Below the pieces are notes generated by a model that saw nothing but the letters and a program-made list of their open reading frames with translations, ran no database searches and was not told the origin of the DNA. The position numbers and the translations under genes are program-made. Positions 8,841 through 17,234 of a stretch of DNA of 18,605 bases are shown piece by piece; the stretch's first letter is position 1, and the number at the start of each line of letters is the position of its first letter. Source of the stretch: Candidatus Micrarchaeota archaeon (lineage in GTDB: Archaea > Micrarchaeota > Micrarchaeia > Anstonellales > Bilamarchaeaceae). The stretch lies in contig JBDRCX010000004.1 of NCBI GenBank assembly GCA_043821365.1, forward strand, positions 1 through 18,605, read 5' to 3'.

Positions 8841-10064
8841 TTATAATTTCATCTTATCTTTTGTAGCTTCATCAATCCTTCCTAAAGCAAGAACATATGC
8901 GGCAGTTCTCATATCAATTTTTTTAGAGGTATGAAGATCAAAAGTGGCATTAAACTCCTTTACCATTTTTTGTTCAAGTTTCTTATTTACCTCCTCTTCA
9001 GTCCAATAATACTCATTTAGATTTTGCACCCATTCAAAGTAAGAAACACAAACACCACCAGCATTTGCAAGAACATCTGGAATGATGAATTGATTATTTT
9101 TGTACAATACCTCATCTGCTTCTGGAGTTATTGGTCCATTTGCCAATTCAACTAACATTTTTGCTTTTACTTTAGATACATTTTCTTTGGTTATTGTATT
9201 TTCAAGTGCTGCCAAAACCAATATATCTACATCAAGTTCAAGCAATTGTTCATTTGTAATTTTTTTAGCTCCTGGATATGCATCAACTCTGCCTTCTTTG
9301 TTTTTAACTTCTTCAAGTTTTTTGTAATCAAAACCAGAGTCAAGCTGTATACCACCCTTTGAATCAGATACTGCAATTATTGTAAACCCATCGTCTGCCA
9401 TGAGTCTGGCCATATGTGCGCCAGCATTACCAAAACCTTGAACAGCAACTTTTTTACCAACATGTACTTTTTTGATTGCTTCTTTAGTTGCAAAATACCC
9501 ACCCAAAGCAGTTGCATAATTTCTTCCTAAAGATCCACCAACTGATAATGGTTTACCAGTAATAACTGCCGGAGTATACTCCCCAACTATTGTAGAATAT
9601 TCATCCATCATCCATGCCATTATTTGGGGCGTGGTATAAACATCTGGAGCTGGAATATCCTTATTTGGGCCAACAATTTTTAATGCTCCACGCATCCATC
9701 CACGAGATAATCGTTCTAATTCTGCTTTTGATAATTTGTGTGGATCAACAGCCACACCACCTTTGGCTCCACCATATGGAATATCAATTACCGCACATTT
9801 TATTGTCATCCAGAATGCAAGAGCTTTTACTTCATCTAAGGAAACATTTGGATGATACCTGATACCTCCTTTTGTTGGACCCCTTACATCATTATACCTT
9901 ACTCTAAAACCTTGGAACACCTTAATCGATCCATTATCCAACCTCACTGGGATGGAAAACACTAGTGATTCTTTAGGTGATTTCAATGTTTCTTCAGTTT
10001 CCTGCGCCAACTTTATGTGCTTCTTTGCTTTCTCCAATTGTTTCTCTGCATTTTCAAAGACCAT
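8841..10064 (-). CDS. gdhA: Glutamate dehydrogenase (Glu/Leu/Phe/Val family)
   Basis: RGPTKGGIRYHP, GGAKGG, DIPAPDV, ITGKP, QGFGNAG Rossmann motif, ELANGP and PDVLANAGGVCVSYFEWVQN. Confidence 0.97.
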   Translation of the reverse strand: MVFENAEKQLEKAKKHIKLAQETEETLKSPKESLVFSIPVRLDNGSIKVFQGFRVRYNDVRGPTKGGIRYHPNVSLDEVKALAFWMTIKCAVIDIPYGGAKGGVAVDPHKLSKAELERLSRGWMRGALKIVGPNKDIPAPDVYTTPQIMAWMMDEYSTIVGEYTPAVITGKPLSVGGSLGRNYATALGGYFATKEAIKKVHVGKKVAVQGFGNAGAHMARLMADDGFTIIAVSDSKGGIQLDSGFDYKKLEEVKNKEGRVDAYPGAKKITNEQLLELDVDILVLAALENTITKENVSKVKAKMLVELANGPITPEADEVLYKNNQFIIPDVLANAGGVCVSYFEWVQNLNEYYWTEEEVNKKLEQKMVKEFNATFDLHTSKKIDMRTAAYVLALGRIDEATKDKMKL

Positions 10065-10238
10065 GTTTTATCAACTCATTTAATAAGAATTTTATAGCTG
10101 TTTGAATGTTAAGAGTTAAAAAGCTTGTTTTAAACCCTACGTTGCGTATCGAATATTAGTTTTAAGGCAAACAGAGCAGAGAATACCTAATTGTTTAAAA
10201 AATTTAGCTGGTCTAGTGTGAACAATGGAGGTAGTATA

Positions 10239-11117
10239 ATGGCACAAGAAATGGGTTTTCAGGCAGGTATAAAAATGGCCATCTTCATGGTAATAGCATT
10301 CTTTCTTCTGATATTTTTGTTCATATTCTTTCCGATCAGAATAATTAATGCTGGTGAAGTTGGAGTATTATTGGAATTCGGTAAGGTAAAGGAAATATGG
10401 CATCCTGGTATGCACCTATTGATTCCGTTTATAAATGAAGTTAAATCAATGTCAACTCAGATACAAAAATTCGAAAGTGACGCATCCGCAGCATCATCAG
10501 ATTTACAGATTGTACAAACAACAATAGCCGTGAACTACAGAATCCAATCTGAAGATATAGATGTACAAAATCTTTATGAAAACTTTAGAGGAGATCATGA
10601 AGATAGGATAATAGATCCAATCGTACAAGAAGTTGTAAAATCAAATACAGCAAAACTTACAGCTGCAGAATTGATAACAAAAAGAGAAACAGTAAAACAA
10701 GTTATTACTGCCGATCTAAAACAAAAGCTAGCAGAATATGACATAACTGTTGTTGCAGTATCTATAACTAACTTTGATTTTTCAGCTGACTTTAACAAAG
10801 CCATTGAAGCAAAGGTGGTTGTAGAACAAGAACTATTACAAGAACAGCTTGAACTTCAGAAAAAACAGGTTGAAGTACAACAGACAATTGCAATAAAAAA
10901 TGCGACTGCAACTGGAATGGTTATTGAAGCTGAAGCATATGCAAAATCACAAGTGTTAATGGCACAAGGTGAAGCTGAAGCAATAGAAACAATAACCGAA
11001 AGTTTAACAGATGAATACATACAATATCTATACGTACAAAACTGGGATGGACAAGTTCCCAAAGTTGTCGGTTCTGGTGAAAGTATAATAGATATCAGTA
11101 GTCTAGTTGAACAATAA
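10239..11117 (+). CDS. SPFH/Band-7 (prohibitin-like) membrane protein
   Basis: N-terminal TM helix, GEVGVLLEFG, PGMHLLIPFI, SSDLQIV, ITNFDFSADFNKAIEAK, coiled coil and WDGQVPKV. ATG 10239 follows a GGAGGT SD (the track start at 10191 is too far upstream). Confidence 0.93.
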   Translation: MAQEMGFQAGIKMAIFMVIAFFLLIFLFIFFPIRIINAGEVGVLLEFGKVKEIWHPGMHLLIPFINEVKSMSTQIQKFESDASAASSDLQIVQTTIAVNYRIQSEDIDVQNLYENFRGDHEDRIIDPIVQEVVKSNTAKLTAAELITKRETVKQVITADLKQKLAEYDITVVAVSITNFDFSADFNKAIEAKVVVEQELLQEQLELQKKQVEVQQTIAIKNATATGMVIEAEAYAKSQVLMAQGEAEAIETITESLTDEYIQYLYVQNWDGQVPKVVGSGESIIDISSLVEQ

Positions 11118-11151
11118 TTTTTTATTTTATTCTTTTTTACGAGGTGGATAT

Positions 11152-11643
11152 ATGAAATTAGATAAAACAGTGGAAAGTGCTTTGAACAAGCAAGTAAATG
11201 AAGAGTTGTATGCTTGGTATCTATACTTGTCAGCAGCAATGCATCTTGAAACAAAAAATTTCGATGGATTTGCAGCTTGGATGAAACACCATGCAGATGA
11301 AGAGATGGAACATGCAAAAAAAATTATGGATTATATAAATGAACGTGGTGGTAAGGTAGTTTTGAAACAGATAACAGCACCAAAAACAGAATGGAAAACT
11401 ATCCAAGAAGTTTTTGAAGATGCTTACAACCATGAATTAAAAGTAACAGAAATGATATATGATCTAAGTAATATTGCAGATGATGAAGATGACTTAACAA
11501 CAGAAACTTTTCTTCAGTGGTTTTTAACTGAACAGGCAGAAGAAGAAAAAATAACAAGTGAATTAGTAGAAAAAGTAAAGATGGCAGGAAATAATATGGG
11601 CGCTTTGCTTATGCTTGATGGAAAAATAATGAAGAAAGATTAA
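11152..11643 (+). CDS. ftnA: Non-heme ferritin
   Basis: Ferroxidase ligands in QVNEELYAWYLY, DEEMEH, HELKVT and EQAEEE. ATG 11152 follows a GAGGTG SD. Confidence 0.95.
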   Translation: MKLDKTVESALNKQVNEELYAWYLYLSAAMHLETKNFDGFAAWMKHHADEEMEHAKKIMDYINERGGKVVLKQITAPKTEWKTIQEVFEDAYNHELKVTEMIYDLSNIADDEDDLTTETFLQWFLTEQAEEEKITSELVEKVKMAGNNMGALLMLDGKIMKKD

Positions 11644-12200
11644 ATTTTTCCTATTAAGTCTGTGCCTGGTTTTAAAGTTTCTTTGCCAGGTTCCCAACTA
11701 GCTGGGCAAACAAGACCGTCATTTTCCGCAACAAATTTTGCGGCTTTTAATTTTCTTATTATTTCTTTTGCATTTCTTCCTATACTATTATCATGTAATT
11801 CAATTGCTTTTACAATCCCTTCAGGATTAATGATAAAAGTACCACGAACAGAAAGACCTTCTTCTTCCATATATGTCCCAAATGCTTTGCAAATTTTACC
11901 TGATGGATCTGCAAGCATCGGATAGTTTATCTTTTTTATTGATGGTGAAGAATCATGCCATGCTTTATGTACAAATGCAGTGTCAATGCTTACACTTAAA
12001 ACTTCGCCACCTAATTTTTTTACTTCCTCGTGATTATCTGCCATTTCCGAAAGTTCAGTTGGGCAAATAAAAGTAAAATCTGCTGGATAAAATAATATCA
12101 ATAACCATTTTCCTTTATAATCAGAAAATTTTATTCTTTTTATTTCTCCACCCACAAATGCATCTGTTTCCAAATCTTGTATTTTATCTCCAATTTTCAT
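11640..12200 (-). CDS. ahpC: Typical 2-Cys peroxiredoxin AhpC
   Basis: FYPADFTFICPTE (peroxidatic Cys), RGTFIINPEG and VCPASW (resolving Cys); SD AGGTGA upstream. Confidence 0.96.
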   Translation of the reverse strand: MKIGDKIQDLETDAFVGGEIKRIKFSDYKGKWLLILFYPADFTFICPTELSEMADNHEEVKKLGGEVLSVSIDTAFVHKAWHDSSPSIKKINYPMLADPSGKICKAFGTYMEEEGLSVRGTFIINPEGIVKAIELHDNSIGRNAKEIIRKLKAAKFVAENDGLVCPASWEPGKETLKPGTDLIGKI

Positions 12201-12204
12201 CTTA

Positions 12205-12339
12205 TCACCTTGAATTAAATAAACATTTTACACATATCCATCCATCCCCACTACCAGAACCGCTTATTGATGAATTGAAATGTGCCTTAACAACAACGCT
12301 AGGAATACTACTGCCACAACAATTACATCTTTCGCTCAT
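12205..12339 (-). CDS. 44-aa CxxC...CxxC metal-binding micro-protein (not in ORF track)
   Basis: Manual translation gives MSERCNCCGSSIPSVVVKAHFNSSISGSGSGDGWICVKCLFNSR. TATA TTATAAAT lies 22-29 nt upstream, and its TGA stop lies inside the ahpC SD. Confidence 0.75.
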   Translation of the reverse strand: MSERCNCCGSSIPSVVVKAHFNSSISGSGSGDGWICVKCLFNSR

Positions 12340-12360
12340 GAAAATAGAATATCAATTAAA

Positions 12361-12368
12361 ATTTATAA
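12361..12368 (-). promoter_or_regulatory. TATA box for micro-protein/ahpC operon
   Basis: Minus strand TTATAAAT, at a spacing typical of a leaderless archaeal transcript starting at ATG 12339. Confidence 0.55.
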
Positions 12369-12380
12369 TAACAACGGACT

Positions 12381-13352
12381 TTATGTGGAATTTTTCAAAT
12401 ATTTATCAAAAAATATTAAAATTTCTTGTTTGTATGCTGTGGCTATTGCCCTGGTATGGTCATAACCTTCTGCCACCATAAATTTTGCTTCCACACCTGC
12501 ATTAGTCAAATTAGCATAAAAATTTTCACTTTGTGCTGGTGCAACTGTACCATCTTGGTCACCATGGATAATTAGAAATGGCGGATCATCTACTGATATA
12601 TAATTTGTTGCACTTGCAGCTTTAGCTTTATCTAAACATTGTGAAAGTTGACACCCGATTAAGTTTGATTCTGGTGATGTTGGAGAATCATGATCCATAT
12701 AACAAATACCAGAACAATCCCCAGTTAAAGTAACTAAATTAACTGGTCCATACAAATCAACAACTGCTTGTACTTTACTTGAATATCCTAGATTGCCACC
12801 GATATTTCCTTCCAGTTCCTCAACATCTCCAGATGTTCCTAATAAAGATGCTAAATGCCCACCAGCAGAACTACCAATCACTCCTATTTTCTCAGTAGTA
12901 TAATTGTATTTTGCTTCATTTGCCCTTAACCATCTAATTGCAGCTTTAACATCATGTATTTGTGCTGGAAATATTTCGTCTTGACTAAATCTATAATCAA
13001 TGGATGCAACAACATAACCACCATTTGAAATTGATGCTGCAGAGGAGATAACATCATTCTTTGAACCAGTTGTCCAGGCCCCTCCGTGTATCCAAACTAT
13101 TAACGGTAATTTTTCAGTTATGTTTACAGGGGTATATATATCTAGTAATAATGATGTGCCATCGACATTAGCATACTCAATGTTACTTGTTAGAACTACT
13201 TGGCCAGAATCAACTAATGGATTTTGTAAATATGTTGTATTTGATTTGTTGATTTTAGGAAGTTGATGTGATTGATTTTGTTCTTCTACAATCGGTTCTA
13301 TACAACCAAAAGCCAATATGAATATTAAAAATAAAAAGAGTAGTTTTTGCAT
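12381..13352 (-). CDS. Exported alpha/beta-hydrolase (esterase, HSL/BD-FAE-like), lipoprotein-type signal
   Basis: Oxyanion motif IHGGAW, nucleophile GSSAGG, IHGDQD and GYDH; signal peptide ending LAFGC. Confidence 0.9.
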   Translation of the reverse strand: MQKLLFLFLIFILAFGCIEPIVEEQNQSHQLPKINKSNTTYLQNPLVDSGQVVLTSNIEYANVDGTSLLLDIYTPVNITEKLPLIVWIHGGAWTTGSKNDVISSAASISNGGYVVASIDYRFSQDEIFPAQIHDVKAAIRWLRANEAKYNYTTEKIGVIGSSAGGHLASLLGTSGDVEELEGNIGGNLGYSSKVQAVVDLYGPVNLVTLTGDCSGICYMDHDSPTSPESNLIGCQLSQCLDKAKAASATNYISVDDPPFLIIHGDQDGTVAPAQSENFYANLTNAGVEAKFMVAEGYDHTRAIATAYKQEILIFFDKYLKNST

Positions 13353-13353
13353 G

Positions 13354-14766
13354 TTACTTAACCTCGATAAAAATAGGACTATCTGTTAGTTCTAGATTGT
13401 TTGTTTGTACAATTTCTATTTCTGGTTCTGTATTTATTCTATCTTCTATTATGTGTGTTATGAAAACTTTATCGCTAGTAGTATAATTACTCATATCTAT
13501 TGTTTCTGGAGTTTTTGCCCATCCTATAAATACCTTTTTGTTATCTTGATTGACAAATTCAAAAAGCCAGACATTATCACCTTGCAATTTTGTTGCTGTT
13601 TTAAAGAATCCAATTTTATCAACAACAAGTTTGAATGTATAATATGCTGGTTTTGGACCGGTCCAAGACATAAGACTGCACCCATAAAATAGATCATTTG
13701 GAGTATGATCGCCATAGGAATACCAAAACACTTTTTCTGCACCTTTTGCTGAAAAAATTGCAAGCCTTTTTACAACATCTTTTGCCTGTCTCTCTTCTGT
13801 ACCACCAGGAGATATTTGAGAACTGTTTGAGCTACACGTACTTGTTTCAGTAACCCAAATTGGCTTATCAATATCATGCTTATCAAGTATTGCTTTGTAC
13901 TCATCATATCTCTCTTCGAGTCTTTCTTCAAAGTCACCATTAAGATAACCATAATAATGGAAATTTGCAATGTCAAATGAATTTTGTGCACCTTTCGACA
14001 ATATAGTATCAAGAGCATTAATATTATCATAAAATGCCCAATCACCATCACCGCAATTGGCAGTAAGTAAAACTTTTGAATCAGGATCTATTTCTTTTAT
14101 CCATGGATATGTGTTGTATATAATATCAAATTTTTCAGGAGCTGGTAATCCTTCATTTCCACCAATTTCCCAATAATCTATCTGATCTTTATATCTACTA
14201 ACAAGTGTTTTAACAAAAAGTTCTGCATCTATTTTTTGTTGAGAATCTGAAAGATTAGTAGTATGTGAAGTTATGTATTGCATTACATCTGGCTTATTTG
14301 TAAGAGAACGTAAATAATCTGTAGAAAATCCACCAAACGGATAAACATTGCCAACCATTCCATAAACTGGAATTATCCACGGATGTTTATTGTTATTTAT
14401 AACTGCATCAAGTTTACTAAAATCCCAAGATGATTTTGTTGGTTGAATTTCGTACCAAGCAATGCCACCTCCGGGGTGTCTTAACCAAACATAGCCTAAT
14501 TTATCAACTTCTTTTGTAGCTGCATACAGCTCAGTATCAGTACTATATTTGTCTGGATAGATATAACCACCAACCCCAAATCTAATTGAGTAATTGATGG
14601 TTATGTTTGACATAGTGATATTGGTAGTATTTTGAACAATTTGTGTTTGATTATTTTGGATTGTTTGATTATTCATATGATTATTATTTGGATTATCACC
14701 AAAACAACCTGCGGACACTAGAAAAATTAATAATAAACCAACTGAAAATAGCGCTAAATTCTTCAT
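13354..14766 (-). CDS. Exported clan GH-A glycoside hydrolase (GH39/GH5-like), lipoprotein-type signal
   Basis: IAWYEIQP...WDFSKLD, acid/base WEIGGNE, FDIANFHYY, nucleophile KPIWVTET and KVFWYS; signal ending SAGC, then an N/Q/T-rich linker. Family number not determinable here. Confidence 0.82.
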   Translation of the reverse strand: MKNLALFSVGLLLIFLVSAGCFGDNPNNNHMNNQTIQNNQTQIVQNTTNITMSNITINYSIRFGVGGYIYPDKYSTDTELYAATKEVDKLGYVWLRHPGGGIAWYEIQPTKSSWDFSKLDAVINNNKHPWIIPVYGMVGNVYPFGGFSTDYLRSLTNKPDVMQYITSHTTNLSDSQQKIDAELFVKTLVSRYKDQIDYWEIGGNEGLPAPEKFDIIYNTYPWIKEIDPDSKVLLTANCGDGDWAFYDNINALDTILSKGAQNSFDIANFHYYGYLNGDFEERLEERYDEYKAILDKHDIDKPIWVTETSTCSSNSSQISPGGTEERQAKDVVKRLAIFSAKGAEKVFWYSYGDHTPNDLFYGCSLMSWTGPKPAYYTFKLVVDKIGFFKTATKLQGDNVWLFEFVNQDNKKVFIGWAKTPETIDMSNYTTSDKVFITHIIEDRINTEPEIEIVQTNNLELTDSPIFIEVK

Positions 14767-14869
14767 TTAATCAACCTATGCCATAACTACTTGAACAAGT
14801 TTATAACCATTTGGCCTTGATTTTGACCTGATTATGCCTGCTTTAATGACATAACGCGTTCGAAAGGAA

Positions 14870-14890
14870 GAAACATTTATAAATAAGTTA
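14870..14890 (+). promoter_or_regulatory. 23S rRNA promoter (BRE + TATA)
   Basis: GAAACA-TTTATAAATA-AGTTA, matching the 16S promoter at 17/21. Confidence 0.75.
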
Positions 14891-14904
14891 CTTCATAGTA
14901 TTGA

Positions 14905-15245
14905 TCCGCACTAACTTTTCGATGAGAACCTATACTCTAAGGTTCGATGAAAACAACAAGTTAGAGTTTTATATGTCTCTCCGATTTTCGGAGAATTTCA
15001 TGCGTGTGAAGTAACGACAAGTTGTTGTTTGTTTTTTTCTATTAAGATTCGCTTCGGCGAATTTTGTGGAATTGAACAAACAAAGGAGATAGTATCATAC
15101 GATAAAATGTTAGATACTTCAATATCTCTGGATTTTATTTGCGACAAGTTTCTTTTAGAAATTTTAGCAAATGAAGTGAAAAACTTAGTAATTAAGTAGT
15201 GTCATATATGCTGGTTTGTGTTGTCGCTTAGGCGATGATACAAAC
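14905..15245 (+). other. Structured 5' leader of pre-23S rRNA
   Basis: Non-coding, with tandem hairpins (GAACCT/AGGTTC, TCTCCGA/TCGGAGA, ATTCGC-TTCG-GCGAAT, and a 14-bp stem at 15214-15245). Confidence 0.6.
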
Positions 15246-16865
15246 AACTATACGCCATTTAGTGGATGGCTTGGCTTGTGCCCGCACAGTCACGCGGCAA
15301 GCGGCGAAACGCCATGGGTAGACGCACGCAGTCTTTGATCCATGGGTTTGACTGAGCACAGTAATGTGCAACAACCCCTTGAAATGAAGCATCTTAGTAA
15401 AGGGTGGAAAAGAAAGCAATGCGATCTGGTTAGTAACAGCGAGTGAAAGCCAGTTAGATCAAACCGAATTCCATCAGGGTAACCTGGTGGTAGATGTGGT
15501 GGGGAGTATCCTTTGTTTGAGTCGAAGTCCGTTGGAACACGGTACCTTAGCGAGTAACAGTCTCGTAGACGAAGGCCAGAGGAACGATCCAAGAAGAGTA
15601 GTGCCCGTTGGATAACGGACATGAACATGGGAGTATCAACTTCTAAATCTAAATATGGGGCGCAAGACCGATAGCGAATCAGTAGCGCGAGCGAACGCTG
15701 AAAAGCACTGCGGGAGCAGTGTGAAAAGAACCTGAAATTAAATGGTTACAGAATGGCAAGGCATAAAAGCGTAGGTTTGTGGAAGCGAATTTGGGTAACT
15801 GAATAAGCGACATGAATTAAGCAGTGTCTTGTCTTTCTTCTCGAAGCAAGAACCAGGGAGTTATTTGATGTGGCGAGACGAGAGTCAAAGCGAAAGCAAG
15901 TGTACGCAGCCCGCAAGGGTAAGGTACGTCGTGGTAATTCGCGATTAGTCACATTGAGTAGACCCGAAGCCATAGTGAGCTACGCCCGAGCAGGATGAAG
16001 CCAATCTGACGATTGGTGGAGGTCCGCAACTAGTGATGGTATATTCCTCTTAGGTGACTTGGGTGTAGGGGTGATAGTCCTGTCGAACATGGCGATAGCG
16101 GGTTCCCTCTGAAATGTCTCTCAGGACAGCGTCTCTGGAGAATGATATAGCGGTAGAGCACTGATCAGGTGGATTGGCTCCGAGAGGGGTCGCCATCTCC
16201 TCAAACTCCGAATGTTATATCTTCGTAGAAGGAGGCAGTCGGGGCGCCGGAGTAAGTCTGGTGTCCCTTACGGGAACGACCGTACGTGAGGCTAAGGGCC
16301 CTAAATGCTAGTTAAGTGTTAATCTGGAAGGAGTTTCTATTCGAAAACAACCGGGAGGTAGGCTTAGAAGCAGCCACCCTTCAAACAACGCGTAATAGCG
16401 GACCGGTCTAGAGTACAGATTCTGAAAATTCACGGGACTAAGCTAGCTTCCGATACCTCACCAATGTAAAAAACATTTGAGTAAGGGGGCGAACGGGTTG
16501 CCTAGAAGCACGGTGGTGACATCGTGTGGAGCGGCCTGTTATGAATATCCTGGTGTAAGTAGCAGCATATCCGGATGAGAATTCCGGACACCTTATAGAG
16601 CAAGGATTCCTCAGCCACGTTCTTCAGCTGAGGGTTAGGCGATCCTAAGGGCCATGGTAACTCCTGAAGCCCGAAATTAGGGAAACTGGTTAATATTCCA
16701 GTCCTATGAAGATAGGTTGCCGCAAGGCGCGCCACATTCTTGACGCTTTTGGATAGGTTGAACATCTTCGGATGTCTGAAGAGGGTAAATTCGCGGAGTC
16801 TTATTGTGAGGAGAAGCGAACGAATCTCGTAGGGGTAACTCGATCAAGTCCAGGGGCCCATGAAA

Positions 16866-16920
16866 GAAACTTTTTGGAAAAAGTTTCATCAAAAACTGAC
16901 CAAAAAGGGTCCATGATAAA
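16866..16920 (+). other. ~55-nt AU-rich insertion in 23S domain III (near E. coli 1570)
   Basis: Removing it restores GGGGCCCATGAAAAG, matching the archaeal GGGGCCCGTGAAAAG pattern. It contains hairpins GAAACTTTT-TGGA-AAAAGTTTC and GACC-N6-GGTC. Boundaries may slip within A runs. Confidence 0.7.
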
Positions 16921-17234
16921 AGATGTGGAACGATTCTTCATAATCGTACCTAGAACCAGTACAGGTGCTCTAGCTGAATAGGCTAAGGTGTGATAGGACA
17001 ACCTAGGTAAGGGAACTCGGCAAAATAGCCCTGTAACTTAGGAAGAAGGGGTGCCATAGCATGAGTAATGTTGTGGTTTCAATAACAAGGGGAGTGCGAC
17101 TGTTTACCAAAAACACAGATCATCGCAGAGCCGAAAGGCTGAGTATGATGGTTGACGTCTGCTCACTGCTAGTACCTGAATATCGGGTTCAACCGGAAGA
17201 AGGGCTAGTAAAGAGCGGGGGTAACTCTGACCCT

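Noticed and set aside
8841-10064. Glutamate dehydrogenase as something unusual
   Set aside because: All motifs are canonical and there is no contextual evidence of a link to neighbouring systems.
1587-14051. Shadow ORFs (1587-, 2229-, 3120+, 3619+, 5385+, 6251-, 7767+, 9100+, 9614+, 10595-, 10856-, 11230-, 11662+, 11873+, 12158+, 12280+, 13405+, 13524-, 13770-)
   Set aside because: Antisense or alternate-frame overlaps of well-supported genes, with no motifs or start signals; 12158+ and 12280+ overlap the better-supported minus-strand micro-protein.
14644-14673. 12-nt direct repeat TGTTTGATTATT x2 with 18-nt period
   Set aside because: It encodes the NNQT linker repeats of the glycosidase; not a CRISPR array or mobile-element repeat.
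14767-15240. Possible tRNA-Ala, 5S rRNA or CRISPR array upstream of 23S
   Set aside because: No cloverleaf with T-loop/D-loop signatures, no 5S motifs and no regularly spaced repeats were visible.
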